Below, piece by piece: positions 33,801 through 40,221 of a stretch of 64,000 bases of DNA. Source of the DNA: a virus; IMG/VR virus record IMGVR_UViG_3300042453_003986, positions 14,042 to 78,041 of that record. The stretch is one strand, 5' to 3'. The translations under genes and the position numbers were made by a program. A model generated the notes under the pieces. That model worked only from the letters and a program-made list of their open reading frames with translations. It had not been told where the DNA came from and did no database searches. Numbering within the stretch: position 1 is the stretch's first letter; each line of letters opens with the position of its first letter.

Positions 33801-33983
33801 GAGAGTTACACGCTCTTGAAAATCTGATCCCAAACGCGCTGTCGGGTTTACTCGCTTAGCCTCAGCACCAAAATCTGCAGAAACACCAGACAGTGCGCTT
33901 TTAGCTTCCTCTGAATTTTTTTCAACAGCCGTAAGCAAGTTTACGATTTGCGTTAATTGACTAATTGTTTCTTCCATAATCAC
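18858..33983 (-). CDS. Giant tape-measure-like protein (5041 aa) with DEDDh exonuclease and thermonuclease domains
   Basis: Follows major tail and chaperone genes; helical and Ala/Gln-rich; TMP-like motif AFDPAQGMEGASIAIKEFLSGN..SLSRRF; embedded nuclease motifs. Confidence 0.85.
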   Translation of the reverse strand: MIMEETISQLTQIVNLLTAVEKNSEEAKSALSGVSADFGAEAKRVNPTARLGSDFQERVTLAVFALEQFVDDVRNNAITPADRADTLRTIQSMVQAVTRDLKTAASSMSEVTDTRRITERPTESTAPSSRRSRFYKETESTDAPAERPVPLIYSERPSNFSIDNSLFRRVFGFSPSLRNSSKDYETFAALLKDYLTTVPEAEQPSLYKAVATADLTVLKNAIKETFKEAPDEKDVQEQISALLKQIASTMLSSIGYALEGGGMTAPQLVGGTASAVVKLTENVGNRLRKILRQAVVNTKRLTAAGRTLPPQGVNQVEQTLKVGLEDILSDDGRATVYLSTDTDHTDEVNSAITQRFSSTFRAIESFVQNLNPRRRYRQEAQGIDTKVGSQITGFQSSAVFPTQFLLSAEAATTQLRKIVQEQIEKKDVVTVSVGGKAVQLPRALAEQFAPAVQATKRASTYSGVLGGGITGKSFTSMFGGAGGVQQVSNLYAAELINNYVQNGDVSADPEEFVAQLFGESSKDTEITPAQLFIQRLLEDLERQSVKLEREAVQAASGESRALLNHRAREVKNQIAFVRKITSSETSPQERAYLVTGVQSGEGISIDTALATLYGSHVFTPFPAAAPEIVDYAAGLLQNLQEQGLAGRERPYETQSSAVYLENALAGYTSEDGRTADPIAKIKGLGIEGFERARERTAGGQPYAALEFFSDYFGLGVQRGSAGGSLPAAQIASAYLDESGNFDVTRAREAYATNPQMTLNNLQTLFYAMTDVGRRDLPLLGIVKSLSSVPAKEVPFLLEEIAKVAPGIAQVLNSSRAREGLAAASKKDSTVERMRGILQAISPMLQAAYTQYASGVLGVGSPEEARKILESDTVAPEFLQLSKTYKMLSAEELNNPNNTFVQGLTYLASGASAAEMAESPLDFMAAILGTQDQLAEVRRQQEQAPLTIEELAQQRYPVAQAAGEQLRQAVGVFPERRTAQKQKRLLELRNLQDQLAVLRVNGATQASITYLEDQIKRTKLAIDDEERPMAPIERLRAQLSRDDLSSQQRAQLGTELAIREEAFNKYRFSDVGLDEGFGTDDFLARMRRKIEYQDAESAIPAELQQLHNRAFYETDSKEKEKLAEQIFKRAETLTEEERGKYDKFLELEKERRIRAAQYAQESSVFYGRASEGFEAQGALSFDPQAEMRDSYAVDDFVEEVIKGTPLARMVRSVEVSDQTYRRSAFDLDTLLFGDTSYSAAEASKAAQKQLAELPKDSSTSWEVQSAKEDILKLEAEINAYETEINEIETQAKKKKDQVNKAADEEISPVNEKIQSLKTQIAAIENREGQDTETDYDKFNVSMDLQPLKLELGQAEINAKSIEHERQYALGEIQRQHYTGLLKHSKKLAEEKRDDTKRSVSYPVVGIDYYKLPNEWVARVEGTEPKDIATALSQSFTGKEIPPELESAQTELAQLQEQVEAKLQERKSIAASAAPVRLEKIRRELADLREAARAGTVPADADYHAKISYLMQLEKEAEQEDPQVVNTALKTIDQQIESLKAQAAKIPRQAGDALVSRVAAERLRTSLFRRRQYLYSQLNINPKDSLLGLYRQRKETSSPQAARLLTRLITSSPLYQQLRFDLDYDDEKMNALFDTLLLKQDMAEQEAVGPTEADREFTTQALASYLQRARESDYALPENFDEAENRRALQMLQAKKSRGDSLTMQEQADYSQYRKYERNAQIRKAHQLVTNQPSAEPLVDFLKILYASLPQDYNLTGDKPEMIAKDVRIRNLLASIAELTDPASFQALAMIMNPRTSGRALDRAIASLPAADRAIINEAIAVLQEETNPGLALATSEIGKGMQEAQITDAVQIAAAEVAADKRRSGTSAASTSGRTAATKQKQDELDKAIKKRRDEEDAARKERRDRKEAAIREYRDREDAEIKKRRDEEDAARKERRDEREAALREYRDKEEPALKSQRDKEDAEIKERRDEEDAARKEKRDERKAALKEYRDREDAARKEKSKMKALALEVQASGEDIQTTWANPHYFAEYLKRFYIGEEIPPEVESALAELDQLDKQYDAASKIVGEVHLFGGTLEDYQKAQASKEEMNRTVSQAQKIQKQVGDALVSRLAAEEQQDESDAEIKERRDKNDELNKKKQDELDAAIKSQRDKEDAALKEQRDSEDAARKERRDEPDAARKERRDNIDELDKKKQDELDNVIKKQRDREDAARKERRDKNDELTKKKQDELDNVIKKQRDREDAARKERRDTIDAGIAAVIDVVGFDLETTIPKPGETAQILEFASVGGGKTATGAFATEVQSTMGSKEGPALSAKEIQKARSRLQRSAESGKTIVGHNIKEFDLPILFGGAENVPTIVQNQAVDTLQMANELQLPGSRTLGSLATLFGLEYDPTRLHEAAYDTDLNVRLYHELVKAQQEQKSNADQFSKNMLKRFFAQSQLTDEQKKLLQPLVTARRGYATDKVKQTSANLAYMLAHARRLDALKTASISGKGELQLFDSENRPITDQNYIKSVLAMFGHTLDTEISPEELRRMQDEAAKVTSMFDPYRVDGSLDTVYNLFNSVAGSVVGKGPAGVGASRYTTEAFSYLRSLVGAADMSLDPAALRSLLSRWGSFSAHGDMDKVTTPAAAGAAVLASALTDATAPTITARPSTERKPAEVSGVDITKATLTGERGAAAERVLRADELIGIAEEKATQSSEELKRQEQAVNDASAYVARVQKIKDWMTRRYAKYPSRLISINAKVAHGEDNLRKAEQTLKEMETVVTAATAEKEAAFAEKSEAVSALELITTKKEAYEEEKLAVSEPSVASVSDTPESSVTVVESTLDDKAVAEMAGEITSTRTRKPRASGKESRKKHESAESVGSGSSGSGSGGGGGAVSATISGGAEFSGPVTITNLDARNLEVASIEKATINATNVNLSLHSGASLGSIEVKQILTKEAVSSKSRSPLTIENYHAGSVARQNIQSAPGAVFGGGGFGGGGGGGYYGKNPALLARENELSVLRNNFQERRGQFAGLDDAAAQQQLKQQTSDFIKESLRLIQSDVLQTDKYTAGTAAEAPRVALKSAIDEMIDPANEAAVAANFGSRLEAIAGLVKQYVDTLDTSTLPEDVAKAAKSEIDGLNRTVQSAREQGYYTLTAVSKDQTSIDNAARNKAREDEAAAREAARVDEADKRKRDIVANESRKNAMLTAKGVLGSARTAFDLAGGELNGQTFAVGRAELIKTTVDALRDTTELDALSTVVSGLASAEPDNVREFTAALNQLNQAADDANLTEAATAFAKLTKVAADLQERVTASTTLTDAEKQSAMSALTLFTSRASQTDYIKPTAGVIEATERKRMSVLEEQLQAAAGRPGFFGLRRDSTQRRLLKEYAQERFGQAGADIMYNDRSMRFQARTENGGRIDLIEASAEDLKRLQEDLGNAGAPIGLEELQKLQNVMSRTQQTRNQTPFADPLFFAASRIRDIQTLGMTAMSALSLPSTIAGIIDQAASPALNAVRSMTSLRGLSRDQGVFNKAVAAASEQQALFGGSLTSNIGNITSFIPLTNAYGVDISQVVNVARKLAAFDPAQGMEGASIAIKEFLSGNVASLSRRFEINRSALSKIDIGNATEMLDKLDEVLAQMGVTDQLINEAANSRAAQYDKMLGRLETMGIKVSEFAVGVATPLLESILGPSSVLGEMADTSTINLMRDEGLKFTGSKALSKLADVDMYAPDLSTFTRQVDKVLQEANDEIALAAASYQKTTGVTPLVSPYRLLENMKPEERVQFRNMAQANRLFKGMTTEQALMQASRDMGGDYASYQEFVNQRKLLPTNRMSYEQMIKSDRFTELKADAEKAMIDEVARGAGGAFRPGILTALASPSTFLVGSLIASGVESASRSGASLKRATIGKVTDLDTFRTTSGERVRLVGIDAPETGSKAAIKAMSKAVEVGLRENENITYEAGGFDKYGRTLAVVYNEQGQMINSELIARGIAGAMTDNQAVNSFASFVADQGIGVVNEAAAKAGLGGLPVISDEVKRAYYMQTYFGGIGGTAGSVGTAVGGGMLTNATIGALAGSKMFAGSAAASAAAGAGIVGTAGLAALGAGVAAGGYALITRAIDLNDVSVEKMRQLYKMQTEFEKNQRMQNKFDSVYLANAGFSGNRETLINNELKKTRGRFIPNTKISEALAASGLTQAAYDEASTAIEKLYNQQDEQGKSILGTVVLSPDGTEMVSLTEALTQSLAFAQDANLRDTAVGKESQRLIGVGNELIDNADIIQLAQKYGLGITPSELGLNNNQLEALGLLESPAVLGRDYREAAQAAQGVSTQLTATQMARFLTSEQIKTYSDAMRQRLLNDPTYQVQAKEYMDQQFDQELQRKQQRFNTFAEQTALNNAMGLFGSAGPLSASQVMNSQFMRTSFADEGAKSALNDAVEESIKTFNAVSKHNKSMAELMGPYVSTFQTTFANYVAGFSRAGSAANTLRDYMSNGDPLFALNEMRRISGLDWRSMISQQMFLPQASSSAQLAQIPYYEMRRAFQPIDPRVARGADRLAGMQLPYTSGPRGRLAYANMIASNASITSLMNPAELMNVYSMGIQAQTELAQRNFQHNTQMRDLAINHNRSLEDITRNAFRQLEGIHLNATRQMVQAVQQRELSKRQSLAQNYSQLGSANMAESDRRKIDQVAQAGKKFADQAEQSNPAAFLRFQGRYSSESTALLEKAFTAYDRLPITDLAGRDAAWAQVIKYRDQVVSEMTELMKTADPETRANLQAQAALLGRDPERGAQAQQFADQQVATMIQRAESEKALRLRREDLLRQQRYSGLEYQGLVQNMQAAQQSGDPLQIQQAARALSDFNIQQQRLSEEIQQINRELQNMIDVAPLWSDFWTQGYVNIEETTSTTMSGLINQYEDFNIGLKQQIEDALINLARQKDDLVRSFTDAATEIATQVPATMAKGVAAIMQYTNDMTAVEGLISRGRFDEANNLASAANNRLALSLYGSTETPEAKTLKAQLSVNAREVPTAFDAYSVDTPEGKALRVYTVSTTSPAKPPKDRPFPMPSGQGILQ
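27230..28350 (-). repeat. 33-nt (11-aa) tandem charged repeats inside the giant protein
   Basis: Units such as DEEDAARKERR, DREDAEIKKRR and DERKAALKEYR; recurring nucleotide string tctcgtctttctttacgtgctgc. Confidence 0.9.
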
Positions 33984-34358
33984 CTACATAAATAATTTAA
34001 AAATTTGCTCTTCTGTTTCAAGAGCCTTTTTCTCGAGCTTCTCTAGCTCTTTTTCTTTTCGCCGAATGCTCGACTGGATAGCATGCGCTTTTGCTGAAAT
34101 TAGTGCGGCCATTTCTATATAGGTCACCAGTCCTACACGTTTAATGTGTAGAACTGATAGCTGTCCAGTTGAAAGAAAATGATCAATCCACAGTGCAAGT
34201 TCTTCTTTTGTTGCCTTAGCTTGGAGAACTAGTAGATGAATCCCTTTCCTTTTCGATAGCGGAGGTAAGATCGGCATCCTTCTGAAGTGCTTCGACAAAC
34301 TTGTCGAATTCGCCTTTGCTAATCTTCCCGATTGTCCAAATCTGCTCGCCAAGCTCAC
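33984..34358 (-). CDS. Second tail assembly chaperone ORF (possible frameshift extension)
   Basis: Overlaps the 3' end of the chaperone ORF in another frame, has no convincing start of its own, and abuts the tape measure start. Confidence 0.45.
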   Translation of the reverse strand: MSLASRFGQSGRLAKANSTSLSKHFRRMPILPPLSKRKGIHLLVLQAKATKEELALWIDHFLSTGQLSVLHIKRVGLVTYIEMAALISAKAHAIQSSIRRKEKELEKLEKKALETEEQIFKLFM

Positions 34359-34650
34359 GCACTACCTCCCCGTTAACGTCAAGCAGTCGACGTGCTTGCG
34401 AGATCGTCAGTTTTGGCCGAACGATGCCCTCCACCAGCGTATGCAAAGTAAACTCTGTATTATCAAGTTCACCGCTCTTAGTCGCCTGCTGGTTGATCTT
34501 TTCCATTTGTGCAAAAGTCAACGCGCGAATACGCACGCGCTTCTGCAATCCCCGAATAACGACATCTAGCTCGTTCGGTGCCGCCGCCTGTTCGAGTTCG
34601 TCGATACTCTCAAAATAGTCAGCGTTTGTGCCGACTGCAAAGTCAATCAT
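34216..34650 (-). CDS. Tail assembly chaperone
   Basis: Between major tail and tape measure; VRIRALT..GIVRPKLT motif; ATG 34650 after GGAGG. Confidence 0.7.
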   Translation of the reverse strand: MIDFAVGTNADYFESIDELEQAAAPNELDVVIRGLQKRVRIRALTFAQMEKINQQATKSGELDNTEFTLHTLVEGIVRPKLTISQARRLLDVNGEVVRELGEQIWTIGKISKGEFDKFVEALQKDADLTSAIEKERDSSTSSPS

Positions 34651-34665
34651 TGAAACCTCCATAAC

Positions 34666-34728
34666 AAAAAAAGTTCCCTCTACATAATAACACAAACTGT
34701 AATTGTTTGCTCATGTAGAGGGAACTTT
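34666..34728 (-). terminator. Terminator/attenuator after major tail gene
   Basis: 16-bp IR AAAGTTCCCTCTACAT/ATGTAGAGGGAACTTT followed by a T tract on the minus strand. Confidence 0.6.
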
Positions 34729-34736
34729 AAAAAGTT

Positions 34737-35171
34737 TTACTCGTAGTCGCCGGTGACTGCTGGGGCCGTGGTGAACCCGCCGTTGTCCATAAAGTCAAAA
34801 GAAATAGTGACTTGATCGTTGCTTGAGTTGGTCAGCTGGTAACCCGTCAAGATTGCTGACGGAATTACCATTGTGTAACCGCCTTTTGAAACTAGCTGCA
34901 AAGCGATGTACTCACCCGAGTTTGAAATGTTGATCAAACGAGTGTGCGTAGTCTGCTGATCGAGCGGAAGCGTGATCTGGAACGAGCCGTTCACACGACG
35001 CGAGAACGTAAACGAGTACATCTTACCGTTGTCGTTCAAAAACGGACCGGCGTCTACCTGCTGGGTTTGCAGAGAAGCCTGCCACTGGGACACAAATCGA
35101 ATGTTGTCATAGCCAGCGCCGCTGACCTTGGCCATACGCAGATAGCCCTCAATACCCTTTACAATTGCCAT
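34737..35171 (-). CDS. Major tail (tube) protein
   Basis: 144 aa, beta-rich, canonical position after the tail terminator. Confidence 0.7.
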   Translation of the reverse strand: MAIVKGIEGYLRMAKVSGAGYDNIRFVSQWQASLQTQQVDAGPFLNDNGKMYSFTFSRRVNGSFQITLPLDQQTTHTRLINISNSGEYIALQLVSKGGYTMVIPSAILTGYQLTNSSNDQVTISFDFMDNGGFTTAPAVTGDYE

Positions 35172-35252
35172 AGTTTAATTTTCTCCGTTTAAGCTGACGC
35201 TCGCTTTTTAATGTAAATAATTTAATACTCTACTGCGTCTGTAGAGGTGCAG

Positions 35253-35684
35253 TTAAGCAGCCGGCGTAACGTATGCTTCTAATCCGACCGCACTAGTGTA
35301 TACTGCGCGGTTATTAAGCTGATCTACAGGAAAGTAGTACGTTTTATACGGATACAACTGCACGTGATAAGGAATCGCAATGTTTGCTATACCAGACACT
35401 GTCAGCGGACCGTTAAGCAAGTTAAGGGTAGCTGCAAGGGTATCGGCCGCATCTGCCATTGACGAGGACACCGAGCGTAGAGTTACTAAGCCTTTCCATG
35501 CCGATTCTTGCAGCATTGGATACGCAATTCCTAGACTCGAGTCTGATTGATAAATAAGATAAGGATAGGCCACATCTAGTGGAGCGGTATTCAAAAACAC
35601 TCTGCCGCTATACGCAACTGACACCTGAGAAAGTGCTCGCGCTAGAATTCGCCAAATATTTGGATATAGTGCGTTTACTATCAT
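35253..35684 (-). CDS. Tail terminator protein
   Basis: GRVF..AP...YPYLIY motif; position. Confidence 0.65.
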   Translation of the reverse strand: MIVNALYPNIWRILARALSQVSVAYSGRVFLNTAPLDVAYPYLIYQSDSSLGIAYPMLQESAWKGLVTLRSVSSSMADAADTLAATLNLLNGPLTVSGIANIAIPYHVQLYPYKTYYFPVDQLNNRAVYTSAVGLEAYVTPAA

Positions 35685-36271
35685 GTAGATCTCCCAACGG
35701 AGTCTGCTACGGTCTTGGCTACGTACGCCTCAATTTGAGGCTTTGCTCTAGTAAAGTAAGCGTTTGCCGCTTTCTGTATGACGATGTCAGTAAGCTCAGA
35801 AAATTGCCTGCGAACTTCTGAAAGATGCTCGTCAGTGATTGCCTGAGTAACGGCTTTTTCTGCTACATATGTAAGCGAAGGTCCGTCTATTTTTTGAGCG
35901 GTGATTAACGAGCTGATTTCAGCGGCCATCTTGAATAGCTGTAAGATTGAATCGTCAATCAATGCGACGCGCAACGGGTTTTGCAAAACATGCTGATTTA
36001 CTGCTTCATCACCGATACGGTGCTTTAAATCTTGGTTTACCGTCTTAAATGCGACAAGTCGTTCACGATACTTTACGTTAGCCGATTGGTCACTCACACG
36101 CCCGCGACGATTTAGAATGCGTATTTCTTCGTCAGGACTAATGTTATCTAACGTGTCTAAGTACTCTTCGACATTCTTAATGACTACCGCTTCTAGTGCT
36201 TTACTGAGGTGGGTCGGACCTTGCTGTAGAAAAGCCACAAACTCCCGCAAGTCTGTAACTACGTCGGTCAT
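35681..36271 (-). CDS. Putative tail completion/neck protein
   Basis: Synteny between head closure and tail terminator. Confidence 0.4.
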   Translation of the reverse strand: MTDVVTDLREFVAFLQQGPTHLSKALEAVVIKNVEEYLDTLDNISPDEEIRILNRRGRVSDQSANVKYRERLVAFKTVNQDLKHRIGDEAVNQHVLQNPLRVALIDDSILQLFKMAAEISSLITAQKIDGPSLTYVAEKAVTQAITDEHLSEVRRQFSELTDIVIQKAANAYFTRAKPQIEAYVAKTVADSVGRST

Positions 36272-36642
36272 TGTGTCCTCTCGACATCAACAATAAAGGC
36301 TCCCATCAAACTGTGCTTCACGGGAACAACTACTAAATCAAATCGGGTTCCTGAATACACTATCTTGTCAGAAAGCGATAAGCTTGTTGAATAGGGCAAC
36401 TGGATTCTGAAGGAGGTAGAGCTGACCTGCAGCTGTACCTCCTCTGACTGGCCTGCCATGTTCGTAGTAAGGCGACCAGAACGATTGATCATGCGACAAG
36501 GCACCCCGCTTTCCGTAGTGTACGAAGTAGCGTATTCACCATCAGTAACGGTGTGCCCCGCAAAATGCTCAATTGTGCAGGTGTCCGTGAGCCACTGTTC
36601 GCTTTGCTGACGAATCACCGCGGCGTCACGTTGCAAGTTCAT
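36268..36642 (-). CDS. Head closure / head-tail adaptor
   Basis: DTCTI...PCR...IQLP...DKI pattern; synteny. Confidence 0.6.
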   Translation of the reverse strand: MNLQRDAAVIRQQSEQWLTDTCTIEHFAGHTVTDGEYATSYTTESGVPCRMINRSGRLTTNMAGQSEEVQLQVSSTSFRIQLPYSTSLSLSDKIVYSGTRFDLVVVPVKHSLMGAFIVDVERTQ

Positions 36643-37142
36643 GCAGACAGCTCCTCGGTACGTGCTTCAATAGCACGAATTTTTGTGACTGACACGCCTG
36701 AGTCTTCTGCGCGCTCTTTAATACGCGCGAGTGTGGTGAGACTAGTAAACCGCTTGAGAGCCTTCTTAAAGTCCGCAATCGATTTCATCTCTACAAGATT
36801 GACAATTTCGTCATCGTTGATAAAGTTTTCACTAATCTCGTGATTGTTTGTTCCTACGTACTCGCGTAACAACCCTTTATCTAGAAGAGTCTTATTAAGA
36901 CGGCGAAAAACCTTGTCCTCAGACTCCGAGTAGATTTCGATTACTTCGTTTTCGTAAACAAAGTTTACTCGCTTCTTACTCACTAGATCATAGTCACTTT
37001 CAGCAGTTGAAAGAGTCCACCCAATTTGAACACGTGGATCAGTTGGATCTGGCCGCAGTCCTGCGACAATGTTGACAGGAACTTTAGCATAACGCCGATA
37101 CACACTGTCACTTAGTGGTAGGTAAATGTTGTTTTTAGGCAT
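36639..37142 (-). CDS. Hypothetical virion-operon protein
   Basis: Directly after the capsid gene. Confidence 0.5.
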   Translation of the reverse strand: MPKNNIYLPLSDSVYRRYAKVPVNIVAGLRPDPTDPRVQIGWTLSTAESDYDLVSKKRVNFVYENEVIEIYSESEDKVFRRLNKTLLDKGLLREYVGTNNHEISENFINDDEIVNLVEMKSIADFKKALKRFTSLTTLARIKERAEDSGVSVTKIRAIEARTEELSA

Positions 37143-37150
37143 ACGTACTC

Positions 37151-38095
37151 CTAGGTAAGCTTAATTACGCCGATGTTTTCCGGCATATCTACTACCATAC
37201 CATAAGACTGGTAAGCATGCAAGACATAGTCAGGAGGCTGAATAGCATTATCGGTATAGTCCTGATAGCGCATGTCTCCGTAGGTAATAATCTCACCAGC
37301 GTTTTCGCCGATCACCAAAATCTTATCGTCAGGGATCAAGCGCTCACGCAAGTTCGGCAATTGGTTACGAAATACCTGAGGCAGTTCAATAATAGGCACG
37401 CCCTTGTAGGCGGCGATTCGATTGGTGTTCAAGTATTCCATAAGCTTGTCAGTTACTGGATAAGCAATCAGACCGCTTCCGTCCGTATAAGCATACTCGC
37501 GAAAACCGGCAAACTCGTACATAGGACGAAGAGCGCGGCGCGTGCCCATAATTGCACGAACGTTACCCGCTGTGTCCATCACGTTTTCAATCAATTCCTC
37601 AACGACAGCCCCCGTCAACGTGGCCGTTTCGACATAATGCGTAGGAGTGTCGATACTGTTCCACACCGTTGAAAGCAGCGTAAAGACCTTGGTGACCAAA
37701 GCATCGGTAATGTCCAGCTGCAGCTGATTACGCAAATCCTGAACAGTCTGCGTCTTGCCCTGCTGCACGTTCCACAAACTTTCGCGCACACCGCTAATCA
37801 AACGATCGTACACGTATGAATGGTAGTCGTGCAACTGAGTGGGCTGATTGGTAAGATGGTTCGTACCGGGGACCATTGACTGGACTGCGTAACGACCACG
37901 TCGAACGCGTTTAATGACGACGTCTCCCTCTTGGGCGTTACGCGTCGGCATAAAAGTACTAAACAAATCGAGCGTAAGATGCTGCGGCTCGAGCAACTCA
38001 ATGATGAGCTCGGCATAAGCAGACTTTTGGTTTGACGAAGTACCAGCAGTTTTTGCGACTTCGGCTACACTTTTTAGTAGTTCATTTTGATTCAT
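37151..38095 (-). CDS. Major capsid protein
   Basis: 314 aa after scaffold and decoration genes; YKGVPIIELP, IPDDKILVI and YGMVV C-terminal HK97-like pattern. Confidence 0.8.
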   Translation of the reverse strand: MNQNELLKSVAEVAKTAGTSSNQKSAYAELIIELLEPQHLTLDLFSTFMPTRNAQEGDVVIKRVRRGRYAVQSMVPGTNHLTNQPTQLHDYHSYVYDRLISGVRESLWNVQQGKTQTVQDLRNQLQLDITDALVTKVFTLLSTVWNSIDTPTHYVETATLTGAVVEELIENVMDTAGNVRAIMGTRRALRPMYEFAGFREYAYTDGSGLIAYPVTDKLMEYLNTNRIAAYKGVPIIELPQVFRNQLPNLRERLIPDDKILVIGENAGEIITYGDMRYQDYTDNAIQPPDYVLHAYQSYGMVVDMPENIGVIKLT

Positions 38096-38105
38096 TGATA
38101 ATCTC

Positions 38106-38636
38106 CTAGTTTAACTCGATGTATAGCATACCGGTAGCCGCTTGGTAGCTATCGACAATACCCACCGCATGGTTTGCCGTTGAAGTGTACGTAAACATAC
38201 CTGACGCACCTACAGCCACCATTGCCCCGGGAACACGGATGTTTGCGCTATCCACAAAACAACCTGAGGTAATCCCGACTTTTCCGCGATGGAGTGCGAC
38301 CAACTCACCCGAGTACACGGGCGGCTCTAGCCACATTGAACGCGGAACTAGATACTGAAGCTTGTCAAATACTGGATCTCCGTACAGACTACCGTCATTT
38401 AGGTTGTACACTCGAGTCGACGGCACCGTGTACATATCAGCATACGTAGGACGGTTAAAGTCGTCGGGAGGGAAAAAGGCCACATACACGCCTAGCGTGG
38501 TATTGGCGCTCGCATATGAAACACCGGGAAGATCATTACGAATACCCGAGGCCCCCACTACGACTGCGCGACCCTCCATTAGAGTCGCCGTTGCGACGCC
38601 TTGACGGCTCGCATTACTAGTTACAATTACAGCCAT
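38106..38636 (-). CDS. Capsid decoration/cement protein
   Basis: 176 aa, Gly/Ala-rich, between scaffold and capsid; AVGIV end motif. Confidence 0.6.
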   Translation of the reverse strand: MAVIVTSNASRQGVATATLMEGRAVVVGASGIRNDLPGVSYASANTTLGVYVAFFPPDDFNRPTYADMYTVPSTRVYNLNDGSLYGDPVFDKLQYLVPRSMWLEPPVYSGELVALHRGKVGITSGCFVDSANIRVPGAMVAVGASGMFTYTSTANHAVGIVDSYQAATGMLYIELN

Positions 38637-38646
38637 TTAATTCCTC

Positions 38647-40221
38647 TTACTTTGAATTTTTTAGTTGACGCAATTCCTTGGCCAACTGCTTGATACCCTT
38701 CTCTACCACATCATTTGAAGCCTGTGGCTCTGGAAGATCGGGCGCTTGGTTTTCTTGACGCTGACTCGCTTGTTCTTTCTTCATCGTGCGAACCATGTCA
38801 TGGAGCACTGTTTGAAGCACGTTGTCTTCCAGACCTTCGTAAAACGAAAGTCGTTTTTCTACCTCAGCCTCCGGAAAGACTTCTGCAAGAGCTTGTCTTA
38901 CTTTTTCTTTCCGGGCTTCGGCGCGGGCGGCATGCTCTGCTTGCCGGTAGGCTTCGACTTCTTGCCGTAGTTCATTGATCGTTTCCTCCTGATCCTTCAC
39001 TTGTTGAAGGAGTTGCTCTAGTTCTTTTTGCATTTTTTCCTCTGCTACACTAAGTAGTGGCGTTCGATTTCCATAAGCAGGAGTATCTACGATACACGTG
39101 CCTGCAAATGTAACGTTTTTTAACCAGCGGGTTCCTTCTCGTTCATCTACTTCCGTGTAATAGAGCTCCCACGAAGTTCCGATAAACGTACTGGCTCCGT
39201 ACTGTGCTTTTAAAAGATTGTAAATTCCGGGAAATTCTTGTTTCCATACAAAAGCTTTTGCTTTGACTACTTCTCGACCGTCTACTGTGTCGAGAAATGC
39301 CTCAGTAATAGCTCCGATGGGGTGTGCGGCTTCGTGACCTCCGTAAAAAGATACAGTGTCAGTTACATACGCACTGATCTTGAGAGGGGTGTTTACGGCG
39401 GTTTTTATAATGTTTTCGGCCTCTGTCCGCGGGATTCCCTCGCCGTTTTTATTCGGCTCAAAGTCGGTAAGGATGAGCTCTACTTCCTTCACGAACGGGT
39501 TCTCAACCTCAGACAAGGAAAACCGTAAAGAACCCCTCACTGATGCCGATGTTTTTTTGTCAGCTGCGTCCATTTGTCGTACTAATCGTGCAAACCATGC
39601 TCGACCAGCGGCTCCTCCCCAGAGAAGCCAGCTTACCCACGCTGGAGAATCTTTAGGAGCGTTCGCAAACCGTGCGTTTCTCCCGTAAAATCGATTACCC
39701 ATACGAGCTCGAGCAGGAGACACTGATTCTCCTTGTGCGTATTTTCTGGCCCAAAGTACGGTAGCAGATTCTAGGCCTTTACCGCTTAAGCCTTTCTCAT
39801 GCAGGGCTAGCCCTCGACGTGCTGCACTGCGTACTCCTGCCGGAGGAGAAAAGTTGATATTAGAGTATTTTGCAGACCACGAACGTTTTTGGGCACTTTC
39901 ACTCGGATCGTCTGAATATTCTTCTTCGTTTTCTTCTTCTTCTGGTTCTGCGGGAATCTCTACGTCGAGTTCTTCATTTTCGATCACCCAAAACTTACAA
40001 ATAGCGTCTGGCTCTAGCACACCCGCTACAATTGCGCAGCTGTTACTCTCTTTAGCAAAGAAAACACAGTTTGCGCACACCAGCCCTTGCTCTTTGAAAG
40101 GGTTATCTTGAGCAGGAGTATAGTGAGACCCGTCTCCGTCCATACCCCAGTTGAACTTACCATACTCATCCGTAATTTCAACGAGACTATCTATAAGTTC
40201 TTGTTGTTTTTCTGTAAGCAT
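38647..40221 (-). CDS. Prohead protease/scaffold fusion with extra N-terminal domains
   Basis: PNKNG..I, GH...PIG.I, TSWELY, FAGTCIVDTPAY protease-like core; C-terminal coiled-coil scaffold. Confidence 0.7.
   Translation of the reverse strand: MLTEKQQELIDSLVEITDEYGKFNWGMDGDGSHYTPAQDNPFKEQGLVCANCVFFAKESNSCAIVAGVLEPDAICKFWVIENEELDVEIPAEPEEEENEEEYSDDPSESAQKRSWSAKYSNINFSPPAGVRSAARRGLALHEKGLSGKGLESATVLWARKYAQGESVSPARARMGNRFYGRNARFANAPKDSPAWVSWLLWGGAAGRAWFARLVRQMDAADKKTSASVRGSLRFSLSEVENPFVKEVELILTDFEPNKNGEGIPRTEAENIIKTAVNTPLKISAYVTDTVSFYGGHEAAHPIGAITEAFLDTVDGREVVKAKAFVWKQEFPGIYNLLKAQYGASTFIGTSWELYYTEVDEREGTRWLKNVTFAGTCIVDTPAYGNRTPLLSVAEEKMQKELEQLLQQVKDQEETINELRQEVEAYRQAEHAARAEARKEKVRQALAEVFPEAEVEKRLSFYEGLEDNVLQTVLHDMVRTMKKEQASQRQENQAPDLPEPQASNDVVEKGIKQLAKELRQLKNSK

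Noticed and set aside
18873-33819. Numerous plus-strand and off-frame ORFs within the giant gene (and similar shadows elsewhere)
   Set aside because: They are antisense shadows of codon-biased or repetitive coding sequence, with no RBS or motifs.
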